Shown: piece by piece, positions 53,662 through 64,000 of the stretch
Layout: each line of letters opens with the position of its first letter
Numbering within the stretch: position 1 is the first letter of the stretch
Program-made: the position numbers and the translations under genes
Notes under the pieces: model-generated
The model's input: the letters and a program-made list of their open reading frames with translations, nothing else
Database searches by the model: none
What the model was told of the DNA's origin: nothing
DNA from: Ranitomeya imitator
Lineage: Eukaryota
Assembly (NCBI RefSeq): GCF_032444005.1
Contig: NC_091288.1
Coordinates: forward strand, 207,018,001 to 207,082,000
DNA length: 64,000 nt
Reading direction: 5' to 3'

Positions 53662-55827
53662 CTAGATGGTGGCCCGATTCTAACGCATCGGGTATTCTAG
53701 AACAGAGGTCCCCAACTCCAGTCCTCAAGGCCCACCAACATGTCATGTTTTCAGGATTTCCTTTGCATTGCACAGGTGATGCAATTACCTGGGCAAGACT
53801 AAGGAAATCCTGAAAACATGACATGTTGGTGGGCCTTGAGGACTGGAGTTGGGGACCCCTGTTCTAGAATATATATGTCCACGTAGTATATTGTTTAGCG
53901 ACGTAGTATATTGCCCAGTCACGTAGAATCTTGGCCAGCCACATAGTATATTGCCCAGTGACGTAGTATATTGCCCAGTCACGTAGTATATTGCCCAGTC
54001 ACGTAGTATATTGCCCAGTCACGTAGTATATTGCCCAGCCACGTAGTATATTGCCCAGCCACGTAGTATATTGCCCAGCCACGTAGTATATTGCCCAGCC
54101 ACGTAGTATATTGCCCAGCCACGTAGTATATTGTCCAGCCACGTAGTATATTGCCCAGCCACGTAGTATATTACCCAGCCACGTAGTATATTGCCCAGTG
54201 ATGTAGTATATTGCCCAGCCACATAGTATATTGCCCAGCGACATAGTATATTGCCCAGTGACGTAGTATATTGCCCAGCCACGTAGTATATTGCCCAGTG
54301 ACGTAGTATATTGCCCAGCCACGTAGTATATTGCCCAGTCACGTAGTATATTGCCCAGTGACGTAGTATATTGCCCAGCCACGTAGTATATTGCCCAGCC
54401 ACGTAGTATATTGCTCAGTCACGTAGTATATTGCCCAGCCATGTAGTATATTGCCCAGCCACGTAGTATATTGCCCAGCCACGTAGTATATTGCTCAGTC
54501 ACGTAGTATATTGCCCAGCCACGTAGTATATTGCCCAGCCACGTAGTATATTGCCCAGCCACGTATTATATTGCCCAGCCACGTAGTATATTGCCCAGTC
54601 ACGTAGTATATTGCCCAGCCACGTAGTATATTGCCCAGCCACGTAGTATATTGCCCAACCACGTAGTATATTGCCCAGCCACGTAGTATATTGCCCAGTG
54701 ACGTAGTATATTGCCCAGCCACGTAGTATATTGCCCAGTGACATAGTATATTGCCCAGTGACGTATATTGGCCAGCCACGTAGTATATTGCCCAGCCACG
54801 TAGTATATTGCCCAGCCACGTAGTATATTGCCCAGTCACGTAGTATATTGCCCAGCCACGTAGTATATTGCCCAGTCACGTAGTATATTGCCCAGCCACG
54901 TAGTATATTACCCAGCCACGTAGTATATTGCCCAGCCACATAGTATATTGGCCAGCACAGAGCCACTTAGTATATTTCCCAGTCACGTAGTATATTGCCC
55001 AGCCACGTAGTATATTGCCCAGTGACGTAGTATGTTGCCCAGTCACGTAGTATATTGCCCAGCCACGTAGTATATTGTCCAGCCACATAGTATATTGCCC
55101 AGTCACGTAGTATATTGCCCAGCCACGTAGTATATTGCCCAGCACAGAGCCACGTAGTATAGAGACGTAAAAAATAAATAAGCATATACTCACCTTCCGA
55201 AGGCCCGTTGAAGTCCTGCTATACTCACCCTCTGCGCCGCCTTTCCTGCTCCTCGCCACGCTCCCGGGACCGCTCCATTGCAAGCAGCAGCTTTCGGTCC
55301 CAGGGCTGGTGTGAGCAGGACCTATGATGACGTCGCGGTCACATGATCGTGACGTCACGGCAGGTCCTTGTCCCACACCAGTCTTGGGACCGGAAGCTGC
55401 CGCTTGCAATGGAGCGATCCCGGGAGCGTGACGAGGTGCGGGAAAGGCAGCGGTGAGTATAGCAGGTTTTCTTTTTTTTAAATTATTTTTAACATGACAT
55501 ATTTTTACTATTGATGCTGCATACGCAGCATCAATAGTAAATAGTTGGGGACACACAGGGTTAATAGCAGCGGTAACGTAGTGCGTTACACCGCGGGCCG
55601 TTACCGCTGCCATTAACCCTGTGTGAGCGGTGAGTGGAGGGGATTACGGAGCGGGCGCCGGGCAGTGAGTGCAGGGGAGTAGGGGAGGGACTAATTGGAC
55701 TGTGCCCGTCGCTGATTGGTCGAGGCAGCCATGACAGGCAGCTGCCGAGACCAATCAGCGAATGAATAACCGTGACAGAAGGACCGGCAGACAGACGGAA
55801 GTGACCCTTAGACAATCATATAGTAGA
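53662..55827 (-). mobile_element. Non-autonomous Helitron with a ~1.3-kb 20-bp array (cacgtagtatattgcccagc)
   Basis: A|TC start at 55827; hairpin and CTAG|T end at 53662. Termini match those of 43164-44464. Confidence 0.9.
53703..53861. mobile_element. hAT-type palindromic MITE (159 bp) inserted next to the Helitron hairpin
   Basis: Perfect 8-bp TSD TTCTAGAA and termini CAGAGGTCCCC/GGGGACCCCTG. Core catgttttcaggatttcct is shared with 9258-9452. Confidence 0.93.
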
Positions 55828-56394
55828 TTTTTTATAAGATATATTACAAAGTTTTATATATTAATGAGTACTATTGATTTATGGAGAGAAAAAAATTAAA
55901 GCGACGGTGATCATAATTCTAGAACGGATTTAGTTTACTTATGTCCTTTTCAGCATGACACCACCTCCCGCCTAGCAGTAAACCCGCTTCCTCGGAGCCC
56001 CTGCTGGACAGATCAGTGCTACTGGCAATGACCTATGCTAAAATGCTATCAAATCCCATTAAAATGAATAGCGTGCTTTATGCCAACTGCAATATAATCC
56101 TCCCTGCCGACATCCGAGGGGATCTGCGGAGCACGGGAAGAGAGCAAATGTCATATGTTAATCTAACTTACAGGCATACAGAGGAAAAATCCGTTTTTTA
56201 CATTACATTTTGTGAAGCGCATCTCTTTATTCTTAACTGGAAAAAAAAATGGCTGTAACTAAAACCCCATGTCTCTTGATATCATATGGCAGAATACTCT
56301 GGACCCTTTCGACCTGATGACAGATCCTAAAGGGAGACTTTTTGCTCTCCAGACTTCTCTGTGTTAGTAAATATTTGAACTGCCCTTTAATTAA

Positions 56395-57085
56395 AGGGAT
56401 GGTCTGAAGGCCAAATTTATTTTTCTCCTGAATCCCTATCTATTTAGTGCCATAATAGATACTATTTTCTAATATTCTTTTTTTCCACTTCCTTTTTAAT
56501 GACGATTTGTTTGAGAATCCCAGTCACATAAAGCAGCATCAGGGGACAAAGGCTGCCTTCCCTGAAATGAATCGCCATCAGTCATGCTTTGGGATGGGCT
56601 AGTCCCTGCATCATGTGCACAATGACAGTGCGCTCTCTTGCCAGCTCAGATCACTAGTAACGAGCTGATAACAGAGCGCACTGTCAGCTCACATTGCAGC
56701 GCCAACTCTGCAAGTGCCGTCACTTGTCTTTGCACGCCAAGTATTTTTTTTCAAAACGCTCTGGTGCCGGCTCGTTACTGCTGATCTGAGGGTGCAAAAG
56801 AGCGCACTGTCACTGTGCACATCACGCAGGGACCTAGCCCAGCTACTGAAACGAGCATCACTGATGACACTTCGCTTCAGGGATGGGGCAGAGGCCGCAG
56901 CTGTGGATTCTCAAACAAAGCATCAACAAAAAGGAAGTGGGAAAAAAATTAAAAAGCAGTTAGATAATGTAGTTATGGAAGGATAGGACATTTATAATTT
57001 AAGTATACTAGAAAATAGTGTAGCATATGCCATTAAATATATAGGGATTTAGGAGGAAAATTAATTTGGACTTCAGACGACCCCT
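56395..57085. mobile_element. T2/Kolobok-type MITE with long internal foldback
   Basis: TTAA|AGGGATGGTCTGAAG...CTTCAGACGACCCCT|TTAA. The arms at 56580-56880 are mutually inverted. Confidence 0.85.
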
Positions 57086-59276
57086 TTAATTATCTCTCTC
57101 TGTTATTCCTCCCGGAAATGTTTTAAGAGTAAATTAACTTCTAAAGTTCGAACAAGTTTTCATAACTTTCTGTGATTATTTTCCTCTAAGCGCACAGATA
57201 TAGGGGGGCATTTATTAAGACTGGTGCAAGTCTGGCCTCACTACGTTGCTGTTTTTCTTCGCCCCAGAGCTGAAATCTTAATGAGCCCTTTTCTATCTTC
57301 AGATTAATTTTGATAAATCTTCCCTAGGGTGCCTTGTAAACCAGTGATGCCAGCAATAAAACCTATAAATCCGGGCTTTACGGCACAAACTCAACAGGTG
57401 CGCGTCAACTACTTCCAGAGTCTGCCCCGTCTTGGTGGTCCCCCCCAGAATTGAGCTGTGTGCTTTCCTGCTAATATACCTTGGTCTGCATGTTTGAGGC
57501 TTTCCGTACCGCACATGAAGGAGGGATCAGTTCCCTTACCCAATGTGTCTGGAATCCGCAGATGTTTATAGCTCGCTGCGCCTCTCCCAGTCTGCTCATC
57601 ATTCCAGCTGCGGCTCTTCCGGGACGAGCAAGATCTCAACTCCCGAGGGCCGGGTCCCGAGCTCTGGATCACTATCCGTGGAGCGGATGTTGTGTTCCCA
57701 GCACTGAACTGTGGTTTCTGGGTTGCATGAACCTTTTTATAGCAACCGTCGTATTCTGCGCGGCATTTATAGCCCTTAACCCTGGTGGTCGGGGGACACA
57801 TGTCTGTCCAGGGTTGGATTGATCCATCATCTATGTAGACCAGATGCTGACGACCGTCCCTATAACCATCCATGGTTATTTTTTGAGTCGGACGTCTGGG
57901 TAGATGCTCAGTATGGCGTGCAAAAGGCTTTTATGACGTCCCCTGAAGGGGCTTTTGGATAGTAATGATGGACCATCTCATGGGATTTCTGCGTGACCAG
58001 GAGAGGTCTTTTTTTTGGCCATACCCTCTAAATGAGGCAGAGGGGAGTTTATAACAAGGGCCTCCAACCCTATATCGTATATTTCTTGACCCTTGTTATT
58101 TCGAGTTGTCCAGGTAGAATAACCGAGGGAGAGCATAATGCAAGGTTCTCAGAAAAGACAAAGTAAGAGAACGGGCAAATTTCGGCAATTTACTAAATTA
58201 AATCTTATCTGCTTCCCATAAGAAACGCTCATCTCGGCAGTGCCAGTTCTGGCCGCATTGGACCAGTCTCTCTCAAAAACAACATGGCAGAGAGTTTTAA
58301 GAGGCAAATTCAGGCGACTTTCAGTCTGAACATTTTGTTGAACCTCTGCCATGCCTTGCCAGGCCTCATAAATCGGGATTTCCTCATCTGCGATGCAGCA
58401 TTGCTTCCCGAAGTATCCTTCTTTTCCTATGGAAATAATTCTGCAACTGTAATTTAACCCCATATGCAGGGAATGGGCCGGGAGGCTGTCGCCCACGCTC
58501 ATGCGTCACCACCTCCACCTCTCTCCCCCAAACTTCTGGAATAGTTGCCGGTACGTTACTAAGTGGGCCTCAGGAAAACCACAGCCAGGCCACAGTTTCC
58601 ATTAGTAACAGGAGGGGAGTACACGACATCCAGGTATTTCTTTCTTTCGGGACTATGTAACCTGGGGCTTACCAGTCGTCGTAGAACTACAATGCCCAGC
58701 GTGGCAAATCAGGTTGAGAACGGTTAGCTGCAGACAGCCCCCATCATCGCAGCCATATTGTTTGTTTCACAGTTTTTTTCAGAAATTGCCGAAAAGGAAA
58801 TCTTACACCTTTGCGGAATGAAATGACTCGAGGCCGAAAATTACTGGAAACCATTAACATACGTCTCGACTTTAAGAGACAAAAATGAGGGACATGTCGT
58901 ATTGCGGCACACTCAGTGCACTGCGGCATTCATTTCACCCTTCTAACCTCTCCAACCCCTACACAGGAACAGTGGCCATTGTATCCCAACGCGGGCCCCA
59001 TATATGTCCCTCACACAACATGAAGTCTCCACATTGACCCTCTACACCAGGGATGTCAGACTCAAATACAGAGAGGGCCAAAATAAAAAACGTGGACAAA
59101 GTCGCGGCCAACCTTGATACCTATTAAAAATATGTCTACAATTGAGAAATCTTTCCTTATCATCAAATATAACGATGAACCTTTTCATATGGAAACATAA
59201 TTCAATGTTTTGTCACACGACCAAAGTACATTTTAATGAATTGATAAAATAAACAAATAACTAAAAATTGGGCATC

Positions 59277-59393
59277 TAGTTGTGCTCAAAATTTTATATA
59301 CCCCGGCAAAATTTTTGCTTTCTTGGCCTTTTTTCAGAGAATATGAATGATATCACCAAAACTTTTTCTCCACTGATGGTTAGTGGTTGGGTG
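59277..59393. mobile_element. Isolated Tc1-like TIR fragment
   Basis: (c>t)AGTTGTGCTCAAAATTTTATATACCCC, resembling a Tc1 terminus. No partner TIR found. Confidence 0.5.
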
Positions 59394-59930
59394 TTTTTTT
59401 TTTATTGTTTTTGGTCTCCCTTGCAAGCCTCACTTCATTACTGGCTTTAGCTCTTCCAACTCTTACCCTGCATTCCCTGCAGGCAGCATTACATTCTTCC
59501 TTAGATGCCCCCCTCTTTCCTTTTAATGTACATTTCTTTTTTTTCCTTTTTAACAAGTGGTTAAGTTCTGTGTTCATCCATCCTGGTCTCTTTAAATGTT
59601 TCCAGTTCTTGTCAGGATTGTTAGTGTTTGTGAGGTAAGAATTTAAATTAGCAAAATCTCCCATCCTTCTTGGACATTTCTGCCCTTTAGAACATCCGGC
59701 CATTGGACCTTTCCTACCGTCTTTCTGCGTCAATTAAAATCTGCCTTTCTGAAATCCAGCCTTAAAGTCTTGAGTCCTCGCTGGTCTTTCTCCTCTTGTA
59801 ATCCAAAATTTGAGGATAGCATGATCGTTGCCTCCAACATTCCCGACCACCTTTACTTCATCAACCATTCCTTTCCTGTTGGTAAGAATTAGGTCCAAGA
59901 TTGCTGATCCTCTTGTTCTCATTTCTATCA
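59394..59930 (-). mobile_element. CR1 LINE ORF2 fragment (end of endonuclease plus linker)
   Basis: [32 protein letters not shown] and RPGWMN...RAKASNEVRLARETKNNKK are typical CR1 ORF2 segments. Confidence 0.85.
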
Positions 59931-60605
59931 TTTGAAAAATCTTTCAGATTTAAGAACTGTCGCTGTGCAACATTGAGTTTCAGCTCCCTCCAAAGATTTT
60001 CTATTGGGATCAGGTCTGGTGACCGGCTAGGCCACTCCAGTACCTTGAAATGCTTCTTACGGAACCACTCCTTAGTTTCCCTGGCTGCTTGTTTCAGGTC
60101 ATTGTCATGCTTGAGGACCCAGCCATGACCCATCTTCAATGCTCTTACTGAGGGAAGGGGTTTGTTGTCCAAAATCTCGCTATACTTGACCCCATCCATC
60201 CTCCCTTCAGTAAGGTGCAGTCATCCTGTCCCCTTTGCAGAAAACTGCCCACAAAGTATGATGTTTCCCCCACCATGCTTCATGGTTGGGATGGTGTTCT
60301 TGGGGCTGTACTCATTCTTCTTCCTTCAAACACAGAAAGTGGAGTTGATACCAAAAGGTTCTATTTTGGTCTCATCTGACCACATGACCTTTTCCAATGC
60401 CTCCACAGGATCATCCAAGTTGTCATTGTCGAACTTCAAACGTGCCTGGATATTTTCTGGCATGAGCAGGGGGGTCTTGTGTGCCCTGCAGGATTTTAAT
60501 CCATGAGGGCTTAGTGTGTTACTAATGGCAAGGCTTGAGACTGTGGCCCCATCTCTATTTAGGTCATTGACAAGGTCCTCCCAAGCAGTTCTGGGCTGAT
60601 TCCAT
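59931..60605 (-). mobile_element. Tc1 transposase internal fragment
   Basis: MWSDETKIEPFG...HDNDLK...[16 protein letters not shown], carrying the DD34E triad but decayed. Confidence 0.9.
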
Positions 60606-60725
60606 GTGCCTAGATACATAATGAATAGGCTGTGTCATTCATCACGTTCATATGATCGGCTAGCGTACCGGAAATCAGATCCTCGCACTCAGATATGCAG
60701 TAATATCCTGGATAATGCACTATTC

Positions 60726-61083
60726 AGGGGACCCTTCACTTCCCATAAAAGTATAATTTTTTAACCTAGTGTAAATGGCGCTGTTCTCCTGAATCTGGCG
60801 TTGTTTTTCTTTTCTTCCTGCTCCTCTCCGTTTCTTAAATATGGCCTCTTCTTTCTAGTATATCAAGCTAGTCTTGTTTTCCAACTGGGAGTGTTTCTTC
60901 AAGAAGACGCCCACGAGGAACAATGTTCAAGGCCACGCCCCCTTTTTATATACTGAAGAGGGGGCCATATCTCAGCAATGGAGAGACGCAGAAACAAAAG
61001 AGAAACAGCGACGAATTCAGGAGAACAGTGGCACTTACACCGGGTAAAAAAATTACATATTTAAGGCAAATGGGAAGTCACCT
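60726..61083. mobile_element. T2/Kolobok-type MITE, related to 30630-31003
   Basis: Shared gtgtaaatgNcgctgttctcctgaatc arm; ends GTCACCT|TTAA. Confidence 0.75.
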
Positions 61084-62200
61084 TTAAATAAAAAAAACGG
61101 TCAATGAAAGAAAGTGGCCCCTGCTCCAAATATCTTACGACAGACGGCGTCGGACAGTTTTATGGCGTCTGCCTACATTTACATGCAGAGTGAATTTTTA
61201 TAGTAAAGCGGGAGACGAGAGATATTCCGAATCGTCTGCTGGTTTCTATAGCGACAAAGCCGCCTTGAGTATTGAAGCAAAGGCATAAGATCGTGACCTG
61301 AAGGATTTATCGCTCTGCCAACAAGGACCTGGAGGTTGGGGGGGATCAGTCATTTCCAGCTGGACACTCTACAAAGTTTTGCCTCCAGCCTGCAATGTTA
61401 GGAGATGATTCAGTAGTTGTTTTATAAGGATATTTGGAAAGTGGTTGCAATATATATTATATGTGAATGTTTTCTAGTGCAGTTTGTCTTTTCATCCTGG
61501 GCTTCCTGGTTCATGAATAGAATGTCAGGACTGCAGTAGAGACTGACGCAACAGTCAAAATGTAAAGAATCCTTTGCTTTTCTATTTTTTTTGTCCCAAG
61601 TTTCGATAACCCCTTTAAGTAATGGAATAAACTGTAACTCTGCATCAGAAACTATTTTTATATGTCATTTACGTGCCTATGACAACCCCTAAGGGGACCT
61701 AATAAATATATCCTATAAATCTCTAGTGTAGCGGCTCCTTTAATGTGAAAAATCTCTTCGTCTGTGACCGGCTTCAGTAGAAAATTCCCCCAAAGCCGTA
61801 TTCTCTGCTCCTGATTAATATGTCTTGGAAAACAGCGAATAACCAGGGGAAGAATTACGACCAGACGTAAGTCAGACCATGGGATTTCTTCTGTAAGTTA
61901 TGGAGATAATCCCAACGACTGGCAGGAGATGAGGCTGCAAATAAAACCCGAGACGCTATGACCTCCATTCATCAAGACTGGTGTTGTGTCCCCCCAAAAT
62001 TGAGGAACAGTGCTCTTGAGGTGTCCGCATCTTAATGAGTGAGGGATCACAATTGCGCCACTTTTTGGCTCAAATTATGACTTATGTGGCTGTACTTGAC
62101 TGCTCTCCTCCCAGCGAAGCTTCACCTACCTGGACGATTTTCATTAGCGAGCATACCGACATCGTCTCCTGATAATAAGGCAGTTTAATCGGGCTGTCAA

Positions 62201-62314
62201 ATCATCCATCAAAAGAGAAAAACGCTTGTTCGTCAGGTGAAACTATTTTTTAAGCTTATCATCCATCAAAAGAGAAAAACGCTTGTTCGTCAGGTGAAAC
62301 TATTTTTTAAGCTT
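62201..62314 (+). repeat. Exact 57-bp tandem duplication
   Basis: atcatccatc...ttttttaagctt occurs twice (62201 and 62258). Confidence 0.92.
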
Positions 62315-62754
62315 CCTTAGTAATCATATTTCTTGACAGTATATCGTCCTGTGCTGTCGAGAACAATGATATTTCTATGTGCACAAAGCAATCTTTTGGT
62401 GCTGTCAGCCTGCCTAAACAGGCTATTAAATGACTACCCATTGACTTCTATGTAGCCGAGCGGCAGTAGTTTAACAAACGCTTGTTCGTCTAAACTTGCT
62501 TAGTTATTATCGTTCTTGGCAGCGCATCATCCTGTTTAAGCATAAAATGTGCTGGCGAGAACAATGATGATCTGTGTGCACAGAACGATCATGGTATCGT
62601 TCTATGCTCATGAAAGTGCAGTTGGACTGTCTAAACAGGCTAACAATCACTCGATGAATGAGCTAAATATTCCTTCACCCGATGAAATGGTTATTAAAGG
62701 TGTATTTGCACTACCCGAGCTGATGCTGTTAAACGACCGCCAATTGGGTACGTG

Positions 62755-64000
62755 TAAGCCGATCGGCATGTTTGGTAATACTGTGCATAATTTGTTATTG
62801 TTCTCGGTAGCGCATGTCTCATTTACACAGGAAAAAGTGCTGCCAAAAACGATAATTTTTAGGTAAGCCTAAAAATTATTTCACCCGAGAATAATCGGCC
62901 AGGGTAAGTGCACCCGTATAGTGCTGGGATTTCCTGCTGTGGCTGTTAAACGACTGCCGATTGTGTACATGTAAGCTGATCGGCATGTTTGGTAATAGTG
63001 TGCATAATTTGTTATTGTTCTCGCTAGCACATGTCTCATTTACGCAGGGAAAAGTGCTACCAAAAAGGATAATTTTTAAGTAAGCCTAAAAATTATTTCA
63101 CCCGAGAATAATCGGCCAGGGTAAGAGCACCCTTATAGTGCTGGGATTTCCTGCTGTGGCTGTTAAACGACTGCCAATTGTGTACATGTAAACCGATCGG
63201 CATGTTTGGTAATAGTGCGCATAATTTGTTATTGTTCTCGGTAGCCCATGTCTCATTTACACAGGAAAAAGTGCTGCCAAGAACGATAATTTTTAGGTAA
63301 GCCCCAAAATAATTTCACCCAAGAATAATCGGCCAGGGTAAGTGCACCCTTATAGTGCTGGGATTTCCTGCTGTGGCTGTTAAACGACTGCTAATTGTGT
63401 ACATGTAAGCCGATCGGCATGTTTGGTAATAGTGCGCATAATTTGTTATTGTTCTCAGTAGCACATGTCTCATTTACACAGGGAAAAGTGCTGCCAAAAA
63501 CGATAATTTTTAGGTAAGCCCCAAAAATAATTTCACCCGAGAATAATCGGCCAGGGTAAGTGCACCCGTATAGTGCTGGGATTTCCTACTGTGGCTGTTA
63601 AACGACTGCCGATTGTGTACATGTAAGCTGATCGGCATGTTTGGTAATAGTGTGCATAATTTGTTATTGTTCTCGCTAGCACATGTCTCATTTACGCAGG
63701 AAAAAGTGCTGCCAAAAAGGATAATTTTTAAGTAAGCCTAAAAATTATTTCACCCGAGAATAATCGGCCAGGGTAAGAGCACCCTTATAGTGCTGGGATT
63801 TCCTGCTGTGGCTGTTAAACGACTGCCAATTGTGTACATGTAAACCGATCGGCATGTTTGGTAATAGTGCGCATAATTTGTTATTGTTCTCGGTAGCCCA
63901 TGTCTCATTTACACAGGAAAAAGTGCTGCCAAGAACGATAATTTTTAGGTAAGCCCCAAAATAATTTCACCCAAGAATAATCGGCCAGGGTAAGTGCACC
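62755..64000 (+). repeat. 217-bp tandem array with 3-monomer higher-order structure, running off the window
   Basis: gatcggcatg recurs at 62761, 62978, 63195, 63412, 63630 and 63847. Confidence 0.96.

Noticed and set aside
27605-55613. His/Thr-, Tyr/Trp- and Val/Gly-rich repetitive ORFs at 27.6-29.6, 43.2-43.8, 49.6-50.8 and 52.5-55.6 kb
   Set aside because: All coincide with tandem arrays.

Overview
Vertebrate genomic DNA with a repeat landscape typical of a frog (inferred). Two host genes diverge head-to-head, as RAB26 and PKD1 do at human 16p13.3. RAB26's first coding exon is on the minus strand (10236-10409). It is probably preceded by a non-coding exon and a CpG-rich CCAAT/GC-box promoter at about 12.2-12.4 kb. 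PKD1 (polycystin-1) exon 1 is on the plus strand (36067-36323). I could not find exon 2 of either gene, so RAB26's next intron is probably >10 kb and PKD1 intron 1 >27 kb. The rest is mostly repeats: four Tc1-family remnants (one nearly intact), non-autonomous Helitrons, hAT, Harbinger and T2/Kolobok MITEs, a solo LTR, CR1/L2/V-SINE fragments, about ten minisatellites (one 6.8 kb) and a 209-nt N gap. Nearly all long ORFs in the track are repeat artefacts. The most notable observations are a frame ambiguity at the PKD1 start, co-oriented CTCF motifs between the genes, foldback cassettes tipped with 5' splice-site consensus inside unrelated transposons, a Helitron duplication that carries an empty/filled MITE site pair, a D-for-E third catalytic residue in two Tc1 copies, and an unidentified ~5 kb decayed coding tract. 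I found no clearly new biological system; the speculative items are labelled as inference.
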